Position numbers and translations under genes: made by a program. A stretch of DNA of 64,000 nt from Candidatus Marinacidobacterales bacterium (lineage in GTDB: Bacteria; Acidobacteriota; Vicinamibacteria; Marinacidobacterales; SMYC01): the NCBI GenBank assembly GCA_965237955.1, contig OZ250169.1:256001-320000 (forward strand), in the 5' to 3' direction. Position 1 is the first letter of the stretch, and each line of letters begins with the position of its first letter. Positions 49,982 through 60,683 of this stretch are shown here, one piece after another. The notes beneath the pieces are model-generated. The model was not told where the DNA came from. It worked only from the letters and a program-made list of their open reading frames with translations, and did not search any database.

Positions 49982-52951
49982 TTAGTAGTACGTCCTGATA
50001 TAGCCGTACGCTCGGTCGAACAACTCGGTGTCCTGGTGGAGCTTGTATTTGAACAGAGTTTTCCGTAGCGCCTTCCTGATCTCGCGCTCGCCTGCGTGGG
50101 TGTCCTGCCAGCCGTCGAACCTCACGACGCGGACGATCTCATCGATGTCGGCGACGACGCGCTCGACGATGATTGGCGTTTCACTGTTCTTCACTTCCTC
50201 AAACAGCTCCGTCAGAGCTTCTTTTCCACGCTCCTCTTGCTCGATCGGAGGAGCCACCTGCTCGGCGGTCACGACATCGCGCGCGAGATTGAGCAGTTCC
50301 TTGAGGAAGTCAATGCTGAGCAGCAACCCTTGCTCGTGACGGTTCTTTAGGTCTTCCAGGCGTTCCGCCAGCGCCTTGAAGCGGGGATCGTGAAGGTGCT
50401 TTCGAAGCCGTCTGGCGACCTTGATCTCAATCTCCTTCGACTTCTTCTTCGGATCGGCAACCCCGAGTATCGCTTCGAGGAGGTCAGCATCGACGACCAA
50501 AGTCTCGAGATCGTCCTGCACAGCCTCGACGTGAACGTTCTCATGGATGAGTTCGATCGTCTTCGCGCCAAGCCGGTGCCAGAGCAGCTGTCCCGTGCTC
50601 GAAACCGGTTTGACCGATTCGTAAACCTGTACGGTCCATCGGTAGTCGGTTTCGTACCCACCCAACATGGGGTCGGGTGAGATTGCCTCCCACAGCCGAG
50701 CCAAGTAACTGACGTCGGCCGCGAAGCGGTCACGCACATCGTTGTTCGGCAGACACTGCTGGGCTGACATCAGCCCTTCGTAGCCTGTCAGCGTCCGGTC
50801 GATGCCGGGAAAGTACTCCAGGCACTTCTGGATCGCCTCAGGGAGCCTCTCTTTGAGTTCGGCAATGTTCGAGACCACACGTGTGATGCCCTCTTCATCG
50901 AACTGGATCGCCTGAGCCACGTCGTCGAAGATCCCGAGGTAGTCGACGATCAGGCCGTGCGTCTTGAGCTGGCCATAAGGACGGTTCGTGCGGCATATCG
51001 CCTGCAAGAGGGTGTGATCTCGCAACGGCCGGTCCAGGTACATCGTCTGCAAGATGGGAGCATCGAAGCCCGTCAGCAGCTTGGACGTGACGATGATGAT
51101 TTTCAAAGGATCGTTGGGATCGCGGAAGCGGTCGAGAAGCTTCTCCTCCACGTCGCGGTCGTGCCGGTATGGGAGGTAGCTTTCCTCGCCGCTGTTCACG
51201 GACATGACGATGTCCGACACCTCGGGCGCCAGGTGCTGGTCTAGCGCCTGCTTGTAGAGTATGCAACTCTCGCGGTCGAATGTGACGACCTGAGCGCCGA
51301 AGCCGTTCGGCGCCACTTTCTCCTCGAAGTGTTGTGCGATGTCGGAACAGACCGTCTGGATGCGTTCGGGCGATTTGAGCAGTACGGCCATCTTCGCGGC
51401 GTGTTTCGCCAGCTGATCTCGCTCCTCGTCACTCAGGTCGGCTGTAAGCGCTTCGAATTCTTCGTCGATCTGGGCCTGGTCCACGTGAAGGTCGACCAGT
51501 CGGGGCTCAAAGTGCAGCTCCTTTGTAGCACCATCCCGGATGGAGTCCTCGAAGCCGTACCGGCTCATGTATCCGTTCGCATCCTCCTCGGCTCCGAAGG
51601 CGTAGAAGGTGTTCTTGTCGACTCGATTGATCGGAGTACCAGTCAGGCCGAAGAGAAACGCATTGGGCAGGGCGTCGCGCATCTTGCGACCCAAGTCACC
51701 CTCTTGGGTGCGGTGCGCCTCATCCACCAGCACGATGACGTTGCCGCGCTCGTTCAACACACCGTCGGCCTCGCCGAACTTGTGGATTGTCGTGATGATG
51801 ATCTTGCGGACGTCACTTCCAAGGAGGTTCTGCAGGTCCTTGCGGCTTTGGGCCTTGACCAGGTTGGGCGCGTCTGCGGCGTAGAACGTAGACGAAATCT
51901 GACTGTCGAGATCAACCCGGTCGACTACGATGACCACCGTCGGGTTCTTGAGCGCCGGGTGCAGCCGCAGCTTGCGGGCTGCAAATAGCATGAGTAGCGA
52001 CTTGCCCGAGCCCTGAAAGTGCCAGATCAAACCTTTCTTTGGTTGCCCCGCCACCACGCGTTCGACGAGTTTGTTCGCGCCTTCGTACTGCTGATAGCGG
52101 GCGACAATCTTGATGCGTTGCTTGCCCTTGTGCGTCGCGTACGACGTGAAGTTGGCCAATAAGTCGAGGACAACCTTGGGCCTGAGCATCGACGTGACCG
52201 CCTGTTCGACCTGCGCCATCGAGGGCAGGGCATCGTCATCCTCGAGACGCCACGGGCCCCAGAACTCGACGGGCAAGCGAATCGCGCCGTAACGGTACTC
52301 CTTGCCCTCTGTCGCGACCGAGAAGGCGTTCGGCACGAAGAGCTCGGGCACGTTGCGCTCGTAGTCGTCATGCACCTGGAGCGCGCCGTCGAGCCAGCTC
52401 TGGCTGGAGCGCACGGGCGTCTTCGCCTCAATGAGCACGAGGGGAACACCGTTGGCGAGTAGGACGAGATCGGCCCGCTTCTCGGTCTTGCCGGCACGGA
52501 AGGTGTACTGCTGGGTAACGACGTAATGGTTCTGCTTGAGGTCTTCGAAGTCGATGAGCTTGATGGTCACGTGCTCGCCGTTCTCGCCGAAGGGCATCGA
52601 CTTGTCGCCGACGAGCCAAGCGGCGAATTCCTCGTTGGCCTTGACTAGGCCGTCGCTGCGGACACCCATGATGATCGCCCGAAGCCGGTAGAGCACGTCG
52701 GCGGCGCGATCAGGCTGGGCCGCGATGACGGGGTTCAGGCGGATGAGGGCATCACGGAGGTGGTCCTCGACGAGCGCTTCTTGGGGCTGGCGGGGGAGGT
52801 TCTCGTGGGAGAGGTAGTGCCAACCGAGACCGGAGAGCTGGCCCGCGCGGCGAGCGAGCCCGGGGCCGACGGCGGTGTGATGCGTGACGCCGCCGCAGAG
52901 CAGGTCACGGACGAACGCTTCGACGGTATTGGCTTCGTTAAAGCTACCCAT
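49982..52951 (-). CDS. hsdR: type I restriction enzyme R subunit
   Basis: RADLVL...IEAK nuclease motif, HFQGSGKS, DEAHR, TGTP, LLTGFDAP, QAICRTNR. Confidence 0.95.
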   Translation of the reverse strand: MGSFNEANTVEAFVRDLLCGGVTHHTAVGPGLARRAGQLSGLGWHYLSHENLPRQPQEALVEDHLRDALIRLNPVIAAQPDRAADVLYRLRAIIMGVRSDGLVKANEEFAAWLVGDKSMPFGENGEHVTIKLIDFEDLKQNHYVVTQQYTFRAGKTEKRADLVLLANGVPLVLIEAKTPVRSSQSWLDGALQVHDDYERNVPELFVPNAFSVATEGKEYRYGAIRLPVEFWGPWRLEDDDALPSMAQVEQAVTSMLRPKVVLDLLANFTSYATHKGKQRIKIVARYQQYEGANKLVERVVAGQPKKGLIWHFQGSGKSLLMLFAARKLRLHPALKNPTVVIVVDRVDLDSQISSTFYAADAPNLVKAQSRKDLQNLLGSDVRKIIITTIHKFGEADGVLNERGNVIVLVDEAHRTQEGDLGRKMRDALPNAFLFGLTGTPINRVDKNTFYAFGAEEDANGYMSRYGFEDSIRDGATKELHFEPRLVDLHVDQAQIDEEFEALTADLSDEERDQLAKHAAKMAVLLKSPERIQTVCSDIAQHFEEKVAPNGFGAQVVTFDRESCILYKQALDQHLAPEVSDIVMSVNSGEESYLPYRHDRDVEEKLLDRFRDPNDPLKIIIVTSKLLTGFDAPILQTMYLDRPLRDHTLLQAICRTNRPYGQLKTHGLIVDYLGIFDDVAQAIQFDEEGITRVVSNIAELKERLPEAIQKCLEYFPGIDRTLTGYEGLMSAQQCLPNNDVRDRFAADVSYLARLWEAISPDPMLGGYETDYRWTVQVYESVKPVSSTGQLLWHRLGAKTIELIHENVHVEAVQDDLETLVVDADLLEAILGVADPKKKSKEIEIKVARRLRKHLHDPRFKALAERLEDLKNRHEQGLLLSIDFLKELLNLARDVVTAEQVAPPIEQEERGKEALTELFEEVKNSETPIIVERVVADIDEIVRVVRFDGWQDTHAGEREIRKALRKTLFKYKLHQDTELFDRAYGYIRTYY

Positions 52952-54137
52952 CCAGGCCCCAGGCCGTGTGCAGTAATATCCCTTTGACACGCCTAGCGGC
53001 TCCTTCGCGTGACCGGGCATTCCACCGAGCCGCCCGAAGCGCAGCGAGATTTTCCATTATTCTCCTCTGTTCCGCGAGAGCAGGGGCGAAGAGGCTGTGA
53101 GCACGGATGTCCTGTCCATTGACTTTCCAGATCCCATTTGATGACTTGGCTCTGGCACTAAGCCGTCTGTGGACGCTGGGCAAGTTCCACTGTGCTACTG
53201 CGAACTGCGGGAGAATTTTGTTCGTGTCAAAACGAAGCCGAATTAGAAGATCGGGGTAGAATAGTTCATCGTGGGATTCGTTGCTGAGGCCCACCTTGCC
53301 GCAAAACTGACGATTCCCGTTGCCGCGAATGACAAAGGCATCTCCACGCTTTACAAAGAACTGGCGAGCGACGTCCGCTTCGATCTTCGCGTGTTTGATG
53401 CACCCGGTTGAGTCGAAGAGCCCGTCACTGACCGCGCTGATACTCACTGTTTTGAAACCTTCTCCATCGGAGTTTGCACTTGGGGAGACGCCATTTCGCG
53501 GTGGCTCGCGGAGTAGTTTCGCCACTGGTACAAGTGCACTGCAAGGCATTCCGAGCATGACGTTCTCAAGAAGTCCGATTTCTGCAGCGTGGAGCAATGG
53601 TTTCAGGTTACGCAGCGACTCAACCACCGACTCCGCTGCACTTAGGACCTCAGCGATCCGCCGCTGCTCATCCAGCGGCGGCAGCAGAAACTCGTAGCTC
53701 GCCAAGTCTGAGAAGTTGACATACGGGTTGACGGATCCCTTCGATTCCCTTTTCGAGTGCGCATGAAACGGCTCGGTCTGCATAATGAACGGCAATAGTT
53801 CCGGCAGCAGGACATCTGGATCTCTTGACTCAAGCACATAGGTGGTGTTGGCGGTAATGCCCTCAAAGTCTGCTAGAGCAACTTTCCGCAGATACGTTCG
53901 GCGTGAACCATAGAGTACGTGGCGAGGCTTGAAGCGCATATGGAAGGCGGGCCCGAGGTAGTCTACGCCGATCGCGCCCCAGCGCTGGATGCGGAGATCG
54001 TCGGTGTCCATATGTTCTCCGGCGATGTAGCGCTCAAGGCCGGATTCCTCTGGATCAACCTTGTCCTTGATCTGTCGCACGACATCGCCGAATGCAACGG
54101 CGGTCCAGCCGGCCTTCGTAGTCGCCACCTCAGGCAT
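52944..54137 (-). CDS. hsdS: type I R-M specificity subunit
   Basis: Two TRDs, each closed by a conserved repeat (LPPLDEQRRI, APALAEQRRI). Confidence 0.92.
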   Translation of the reverse strand: MPEVATTKAGWTAVAFGDVVRQIKDKVDPEESGLERYIAGEHMDTDDLRIQRWGAIGVDYLGPAFHMRFKPRHVLYGSRRTYLRKVALADFEGITANTTYVLESRDPDVLLPELLPFIMQTEPFHAHSKRESKGSVNPYVNFSDLASYEFLLPPLDEQRRIAEVLSAAESVVESLRNLKPLLHAAEIGLLENVMLGMPCSALVPVAKLLREPPRNGVSPSANSDGEGFKTVSISAVSDGLFDSTGCIKHAKIEADVARQFFVKRGDAFVIRGNGNRQFCGKVGLSNESHDELFYPDLLIRLRFDTNKILPQFAVAQWNLPSVHRRLSARAKSSNGIWKVNGQDIRAHSLFAPALAEQRRIMENLAALRAARWNARSREGAARRVKGILLHTAWGLDG

Positions 54138-55638
54138 CGATCACCTTCTCGGCAACGTCACTGTTCAGAGTCTCGACTAACTCGTCTATCTCCATCCAGA
54201 ACTCACGGCCGGCTGTATCGAAGTGTTTCCAATTCTCAGCGAGAGACTCGGTTGACTTCGCCGTCGATCTTGTGGCTTTTCGAGCGACATAGTGGTGAAC
54301 CGTGAGATCGCCGCTCTTCGCCAGGATTTCGTCGGTCGTCGCAACGGCGGCGAACTCGGTCTCGTTCTCGAATGCTTGGTACGCGGCGAGAATCTGCGAC
54401 TGGTGTTCAGATTGCAGGAAGCTCTGAGTGTTCTCCCTCGCGATCACATGAACGGCGTCGATGAAGAGCGTCTTGCCTTTTCGAACCTTGGGTTTCTTGG
54501 AGCGGCAAATGACGACGCAGGCTTCCATCGGCGAGTTGTAGAACAGGCTGGGCCCAAGCCCGAGCACACACTCGACCATGTCGGTCGCGACCAGGTTACG
54601 GCGCATGTTAGCCTCCGCCTTCCGAAAGAGCACCCCATGTGGGAACAGAATTGCGCAGCGACCCGTATTCGGGTCCATGCTCTTAAGGATGTGCTGGAAG
54701 AAGGCGTAGTCGGCGCGGCCCTGTGGCGGTGTTCCTAGAAAGTTGCGGCCCCAATCGTCACTCTGCCACGCCTCGCGGTTCCATTTCTTGATCGAGTACG
54801 GGGGATTGGCGAGGACCACGTCGAAGGTCTTGAGTCGGTCGCGCTCGATCAGGGCCGGATCGTGCAGCGTGTTGCCGCTGCGGATGTCGAAGTCGGAGAC
54901 GCCATGCAGCACGAGGTTCATGCGGGCGATGGCCGTGGTGATATTGATGAGCTCCTGCCCGTAAAGGCCAATGGTACGGGTGTCTCCCCCATTGCGTTTC
55001 ACTTCGGCCAAGCACGAGATGAGCATGCCGCCGGTGCCGCAGGTCGGGTCGTAGATGGTCTCGCCCTCCTTGGGTTCGAGCATCTGCGCCATCAGGTGCA
55101 CGAGCGTGCGGTTGGTATAAAACTCTTGCGCGGTGTGGCCGCTGTCGTCGGCGAATTGCTTGATGAGGTACTCGTAGCCGTTGCCGAGTTCGTCCTCGGG
55201 CACGTTGGCAAGGCTCAGAGGATGCTTCGAGAAATGCTCGATGAGATTCTTGAGCTTCTCGTCGGGCATCTGGGCCTTGTCGGTCCAGGCGGCGTTGCCG
55301 AAGACGCCCTGCAGCCGCTGCGGGTTGGCGGCCTCAATGGCTTGGTAGGCGTCCAGAAGGGCCCGGCCGATATCGCGTGAGGCCTCGCGAGCGTCCTTCC
55401 AGTGCGAACCTTCGGGAATGGTGAAGCGGTCGTTTGCGGTCTCGGTGGCGTAGCCTTCGTCCTGGGAGTCCTCGAAGGCCTCGCGGTAGTCCTCGTCCCA
55501 GACATCCGAGAGGCGCTTGAAGAAGAGCAGCGGAAAGATGTACTGCTTGTAGTCGCTGGCATCGATGAGCCCGCGCAGAAGCGTGGCCGCGCCCCAGAGG
55601 TAGGACTCGAGCTCCTTCTGTGAGAGGTGATCGCTCAT
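54130..55638 (-). CDS. hsdM: type I R-M methyltransferase subunit 2 (NPPY)
   Basis: LWGAATLLRG, YDPTCGTGGML, ANPPY, PHGVLFR. Confidence 0.93.
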   Translation of the reverse strand: MSDHLSQKELESYLWGAATLLRGLIDASDYKQYIFPLLFFKRLSDVWDEDYREAFEDSQDEGYATETANDRFTIPEGSHWKDAREASRDIGRALLDAYQAIEAANPQRLQGVFGNAAWTDKAQMPDEKLKNLIEHFSKHPLSLANVPEDELGNGYEYLIKQFADDSGHTAQEFYTNRTLVHLMAQMLEPKEGETIYDPTCGTGGMLISCLAEVKRNGGDTRTIGLYGQELINITTAIARMNLVLHGVSDFDIRSGNTLHDPALIERDRLKTFDVVLANPPYSIKKWNREAWQSDDWGRNFLGTPPQGRADYAFFQHILKSMDPNTGRCAILFPHGVLFRKAEANMRRNLVATDMVECVLGLGPSLFYNSPMEACVVICRSKKPKVRKGKTLFIDAVHVIARENTQSFLQSEHQSQILAAYQAFENETEFAAVATTDEILAKSGDLTVHHYVARKATRSTAKSTESLAENWKHFDTAGREFWMEIDELVETLNSDVAEKVIDA

Positions 55639-57182
55639 TCCAGCCATCCTCCTTCGGTCAGCACGGTGCGGAGGTGATCTTCAGCGGCGCGAGCTTCGGA
55701 GAGTGCTTCCTTGAACGCGGCGACGGCCTCGGGGAACGGAGGTATGTCCTCGCCGATGGGCGGCAGGACGTAGCGGGAGATATTGAGCGTCCAACCTTCC
55801 TCTTTGATCTCGTCGAGGGTGACGACCTTGGCGCGGTTCTCGACATCCTCAAAGGCTTGGAACCACTCGACGATCCGCTCGCCGTGTTCGATGTCGAGGA
55901 AGTTCTGAGCGCGGCCCTTTCGGAAGAGATTCGAGGCGTCGATGATGAGCACCCTGTTCTTCCGCTCGGCAGACTTCTTGCGACGGAAGATCACGACGCA
56001 GCCGGCGAGCTGCGTACCGTAGAAGAGGTTCGGCGCGAGGCCGATGACCGCTTCGATCACGTCTTCCTTGAGGAGGGCTTCGCGGATCTTGCCTTCGGCG
56101 CTCTTGCGGAAGAGTGCGCCTTGTGGGAGGACGACGGCCATGCGGCTGCTACCGCCATAGGCCATCGACGCGATCATGTGCTGAACGAAGGCGTAGTCGC
56201 CGTAGCTGTTCGGGGGCAGCCCATGTTGCGCCCGGCCCCAGGGATCGTTCTCCCAGACCTCGCGTCCCCATTCCTTGAGTGAGAAGGGTGGATTGGCGAT
56301 CACGCAGTCGAAAGTGGCGAGGCCGCCGGCACCGTCGGTGAAGACCGGATCGCGGAGAGTGTCCTCGCGGGCGATCTGGGAGTCTTCGATGCCGTGGAGG
56401 ACGAGGTTCATCCGGGCGACTGAAGACGTCGTGAGGTTCTTTTCCTGACCGTAGACCTTGCCGAAGAAGGTGCGCGGGTCGCCGCCGGCACGCTTCACGT
56501 GGTCGATGGCGGCGAGCAGCATACCGCCGGTGCCGCAGGCGGGGTCGTAGATCGACTCGCCTTCCTTTGGGTCGAGGATCTCGACCATCATCCGTACCAC
56601 ACTACGGGGAGTGTAGAACTCGCCAGCCTTGTTGCGGCGGGTGACGTCGGCGAACTTGCCGACTAGGTACTCGTAGGCGTCGCCGAGAATGTCGGTGTCG
56701 ACGGCGGTGTTGCCGAGCGAGATCGACGAGAAACCCTCGATCAAATCCTTGAGTAGCTCGTCGGTGAACTTTTCCTTGTTGCCCCAGTCAGCGGCCCCGA
56801 AGACGCGGTAGAGCGTATCTGGGTTAGCCCGCTCGATCTCCTGCATCGCGTGGGCGAGCGCGGTTCCAACATTCACCGCTGTCTCACGGATGTCGCGCCA
56901 ATGACATCCCTCTGGCACCTGGAAGCGATGGACCTCAGGGAACTGTGACGAGTAGGCGTCGCCGTAGGTGTCTGTGGCCTCGGAGTTTTCCTCATCCCAG
57001 ACGTCGCAAATCCTTTTGAAGAAGAGCAGCGGCAGGATATAGCCCTTCCAGTCGGTGCGGTCGACGGCCGAGCCGCGGAGGATGTTGGCCGCCTCCCACA
57101 AGCGGGACTGCAGTTCTTGAGCAGTCAGTGTCACGACGTTCTCCGGGTCTCCCGGCTTCTTCTCAACCTTCATCTTCCCCAT
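55635..57182 (-). CDS. hsdM: type I R-M methyltransferase subunit 1 (NPPF)
   Basis: LWEAANILRG, GEFYTPR, YDPACGTGGML, ANPPF; start codon uncertain. Confidence 0.93.
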   Translation of the reverse strand: MGKMKVEKKPGDPENVVTLTAQELQSRLWEAANILRGSAVDRTDWKGYILPLLFFKRICDVWDEENSEATDTYGDAYSSQFPEVHRFQVPEGCHWRDIRETAVNVGTALAHAMQEIERANPDTLYRVFGAADWGNKEKFTDELLKDLIEGFSSISLGNTAVDTDILGDAYEYLVGKFADVTRRNKAGEFYTPRSVVRMMVEILDPKEGESIYDPACGTGGMLLAAIDHVKRAGGDPRTFFGKVYGQEKNLTTSSVARMNLVLHGIEDSQIAREDTLRDPVFTDGAGGLATFDCVIANPPFSLKEWGREVWENDPWGRAQHGLPPNSYGDYAFVQHMIASMAYGGSSRMAVVLPQGALFRKSAEGKIREALLKEDVIEAVIGLAPNLFYGTQLAGCVVIFRRKKSAERKNRVLIIDASNLFRKGRAQNFLDIEHGERIVEWFQAFEDVENRAKVVTLDEIKEEGWTLNISRYVLPPIGEDIPPFPEAVAAFKEALSEARAAEDHLRTVLTEGGWLE

Positions 57183-57272
57183 ATAGCATTGTCACGTTAA
57201 ATGGGTTTGGCCGCAAAGGGCCGCATAGATTCCCTTTCGGGCGGCCCGGGGAAGGACCGAGCACCGATATGC

Positions 57273-57528
57273 TGCCTTGGTGCACAACTCCGATAGAGGC
57301 CGAGAGCTCGCTTGGCCCCGACTCCCATCATCCGATCATCTCGCTATCAGGCATCCCGAGCGCCGTCATGGTGTTGAGAATCTTGCACCCGATCCTTGCC
57401 TCAACTCTCTGTGCCGCCAACCCTCTCGCCTGCATCGCTGAGCCCACGATAGAAATGCTCATGGGGAACCTCGTATCCGCGAGTACAGGACAATTGTGGA
57501 CCGAGATCGCGAGTTGTGCACCAAGGCA
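57273..57528 (-). mobile_element. 256-bp non-autonomous deletion derivative (MITE-like) of the IS5 at 14067-15153
   Basis: Both IRs intact; start atgagcattt joined to ctatcgtgggctca near the transposase end. Confidence 0.88.
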
Positions 57529-57532
57529 CCCT

Positions 57533-57960
57533 GGAGGCCGAGTCAAGCCCATTCTTAGTTGAAATGTTCCACGGCTCCCGGTTCGTTTAAGCAACGTTCT
57601 TCCTCGACGTATTCTTTTTCGCGGTCTCGATCTTCAGTTCACGCTTGAGCGCTTCACGCAGCTTTGGAAGGTGTCGGTAGCCCATCACCTTCCGGAGGCG
57701 CGGCTCGATGTCGGTGAGCGCGGTCGCGAGCCAGCGTTGGCGTTGGTTCGAAGTCTTCCAGTGATCGACCTTCGCGCAACGTTCCTCGATAAGCGCATTG
57801 ACGGACTCGATGCAGTTCGTCGTCTTTAGTGAGTGACCGAGCACCCCGTACACGCCAAGACGATGCAAGGTCAGGGTCTCCTCCAGCCCCTCTTCGAGGC
57901 TAGAGGCCGCAGACTGATTCCTCTCTTCCAGCTCGCGGTGGAGTTGCTCGAGGGGCCTCA
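57533..57960 (-). mobile_element. IS256-family 3' remnant
   Basis: AASSLEEGLEETLTL, KTTNCIESVN, LRKVMGYRHL. Confidence 0.8.
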
Positions 57961-57964
57961 AGCG

Positions 57965-58948
57965 CCTCCTTGTGCGTCGGCCGGAGGTCGAGAAGCTCGG
58001 CGACTTCTTCACGTACCTGCTCAGCATTTCCCGCCAGCGTGACGGCCTCCAGCATTCTCTCCAGACGTTCACGTTCGGCGTCCTCGAACTCATCGAGTTC
58101 TTCCCAGTCGGGCAGGTCCGGCGGTGCCGCCCGTACCAGCTCCTGGGCATGCTTAAGACCCTCCTCCAGTCGCCTTGCTCGGTTTTCGAGCGACCGTCGC
58201 ATGGCGTAAGTGCTCGAGGCGAGACGCCTCTGGTACAGCGACATCAAAAACCCGACCGCCCGAGCCCGAGGGTTGTCGCTCTCGGCTGCGGCACGGGCGC
58301 TCTGCCGTTTCACAAACCGTGTGATCTTCTGGTAAAGCTCGAACTCGGGACCATCGATGGTGAAGTTGGCTGTGCGAGGGATGCGCTTGGTGAAAACTGG
58401 TTTCGCGAACCATGTCCCATCCGACTCACGCTCTGGAAAATAGACCATCGCCTCCTTGGTGCGGCGCAGGTAGAAGGGGGCTCGCCTCCGCTCGATCGCT
58501 TCGCGAATCGACTTCACGTCAGCGTAGGCGTCCCGGTCAAGTAGCTGCAGGAACAGCGTGAAATTCTGCTGGTCGCCTTTGTGGGGCGTGGCGGTCAGCT
58601 GAAGCACGTGATCAGTACTGTCGCGCAACAGTTCCCCGAGCCTATAGCGCTGGCTCTTGTGGGTCTCATCCCGTGCGGACATCCGATGTGCTTCGTCCAC
58701 GATGACCAAGTCCCAGTGGACCTGCCGTAGTCCGGGCAGGATCTCCGTGCGCTTGGCCAAATCGAGCGAGGTGATAACCTGCTTCTGCTCCATCCATTGG
58801 TTGACGCCGAACTGATCGCGGATGTCACCGCCCTTGAGCACCAGGAATTTCTCGTCGAACTTCTCCTTGAGCTCGCGCTGCCACTGAAACGACAGGTTGG
58901 AAGGGCAGACGACGAGAACCCGTTCGATCAGGCCCCGCAGCTTAAGTT
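57965..58948 (-). pseudogene. SNF2-family helicase, central fragment between IS elements
   Basis: VLVVCPSNL..QWQREL, IVDEAHRM, LTATPHKG, LRRTKE, RRLASS. Confidence 0.8.
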
Positions 58949-60035
58949 GGCGTTGTTGCACGGCCCGGAGCAAATCGCTGACACCCCTGTGCCGGTCGGA
59001 GAGTCACCCGGCGCAGTAAGTATCGGGCATGCCGAGCGCGGTCATCTTGTTGAGTATCTCGCACCCAATTCGGTGTTCAACTCGTTGCCTCGCCAACGTT
59101 CGAGCCCGCATCTCGGGCCCCATGATCGCCTTGTAACGATAGACCGCGTTCTCCACCATGCTTCGCTCGGTGCAGCCTGAGAGCTTGTACCATTCACGTC
59201 GGCCGTGTCTTTCGATTGCACGAATATGGCGGTCGCGTTCCCGCATGGCGGTGTTCGAATTCTGACTGAGCGTGGCGTTTCGTTGCGGCGGAATCACCAC
59301 GCGCGTCCTTCGTCCAGGGCTGTGCGCTTCGATGGCTTCGTAGACCGCTTCCTTGTCGTATGCACTGTCCGCCGCCACCGACGCTATAGGTGCTTGAATC
59401 TGTGTTAGCAAAGGGGGGACTCGCGTTGCGTCGCGAGCTCGTGACGCCGTCAGTTCGGACGCAACAATGTTGCCGGTCTTGCGATCAACGGCGATGTGCA
59501 ACTTGCGCCAGGCGCGCTGCTTTGGCGGTTTGCGGGTGGTTCCAACATGAATCCTCAAGCCCGTGCTATCGATCATCAGGTGGATTGGTTGATTGCTTGC
59601 GGCTTTCCGAATCCGCAGCTTCTTGCGGAGCAGCCTCGACCGCCGACACAACGTCGAGTAGTCCGGGATCTCGATACACAGCCGGAGAAGCGAGGCGATC
59701 GAGTGCAAGAAACCTTCGGTTTGGCGGTAGGCAAGCTTGTACACCATCCGGACAACCAGGCCCGTTTCAATCGCCATCTCTGAATAGACCCGTTGACCGC
59801 CAGGCTTACCGCTCTTGTCGGCCTTCCAGTTCGCGATTGCCTCCTCGTCAAACCAGACCGTCAAATCGCCCCGGCGGCGCAGCCCTTCGTTGTATTCCGC
59901 CCAGTTGGAAACGTGGTACTTCTTCTGCTTCGCGTGCTTGTACTGGCTGCGCTTGGGATACTTCATGGTCGAACATTACCTCGGCCACCACCATAGGTAG
60001 ATTTCGCGCTCAGCCAAGAGCGGTGCAACAACGCC
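58949..60035 (-). mobile_element. IS5-family (IS903-like) element
   Basis: IRs ggcgttgttgcac and gtgcaacaacgcc; no TSD. Confidence 0.9.
59004..59966 (-). CDS. IS5-family transposase
   Basis: NWAEYNEGLRRRGDLTVW, PDYSTLCRR, DSTGL, WRKLH, ADSAYD. Confidence 0.92.
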   Translation of the reverse strand: MKYPKRSQYKHAKQKKYHVSNWAEYNEGLRRRGDLTVWFDEEAIANWKADKSGKPGGQRVYSEMAIETGLVVRMVYKLAYRQTEGFLHSIASLLRLCIEIPDYSTLCRRSRLLRKKLRIRKAASNQPIHLMIDSTGLRIHVGTTRKPPKQRAWRKLHIAVDRKTGNIVASELTASRARDATRVPPLLTQIQAPIASVAADSAYDKEAVYEAIEAHSPGRRTRVVIPPQRNATLSQNSNTAMRERDRHIRAIERHGRREWYKLSGCTERSMVENAVYRYKAIMGPEMRARTLARQRVEHRIGCEILNKMTALGMPDTYCAG

Positions 60036-60439
60036 CATCGGCGACGCGGTGCGCCCACATCGCCGCGACCCACCTCGACTTCGAGGAAAGAGCGCGGGCG
60101 GTAGTCAGCCGCGTTTCACGATGAGCGGGTCTTCCAGCGCTTCCCAAAAGAAGCTCTCCTCGCGTACGATGCGACGGCACTCCAGGCATTCCGTCCGAGT
60201 TGTCCACGCGTTTGGTACCACGTTTGTGCCAAAAGTACTCCGGCTAGCCCAAACAACGAAGACGATTGTCACCGCTTCTTCGAGTCTTTCGTGTCGGTTG
60301 GATCTGGTTGATGTTGGTGGTCTTTGCCCGTTTGCGACTGTTAATCCGTAAGCATCGGGAAAAAGAAAAAAGGCTGAGTCACGTCTGAGCCTCTCAATTC
60401 TCATCCCTGGCGAGCAAATCTCAGCGATCTCCCTAGAAG

Positions 60440-60560
60440 AGCTCGCGAGGCCAAGCCCTTTCCCTAGTTTCTTGGTCGTGTAGAAGGGATCAAACGTCCT
60501 GTCCGCAACTTCGCGCTTCAGACCGAGACCATCGTCTCGGACTCCTACATATAAGGTACC
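60440..60560 (-). pseudogene. histidine kinase ATPase-domain remnant
   Basis: VRDDGLGL...FDPFYTTKKLGKGLGLA. Confidence 0.65.
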
Positions 60561-60683
60561 AATCGAGCCGGTGCCGCGTCGGCTGGTCCCCGCGAATCTC
60601 GAGAACGCCTCTAGGATCCGAGATTTCGGCTCCGTTCGTATTTTCGGACACGACGCCATCGCCCGGGGTGGAGGCCACGGGGA

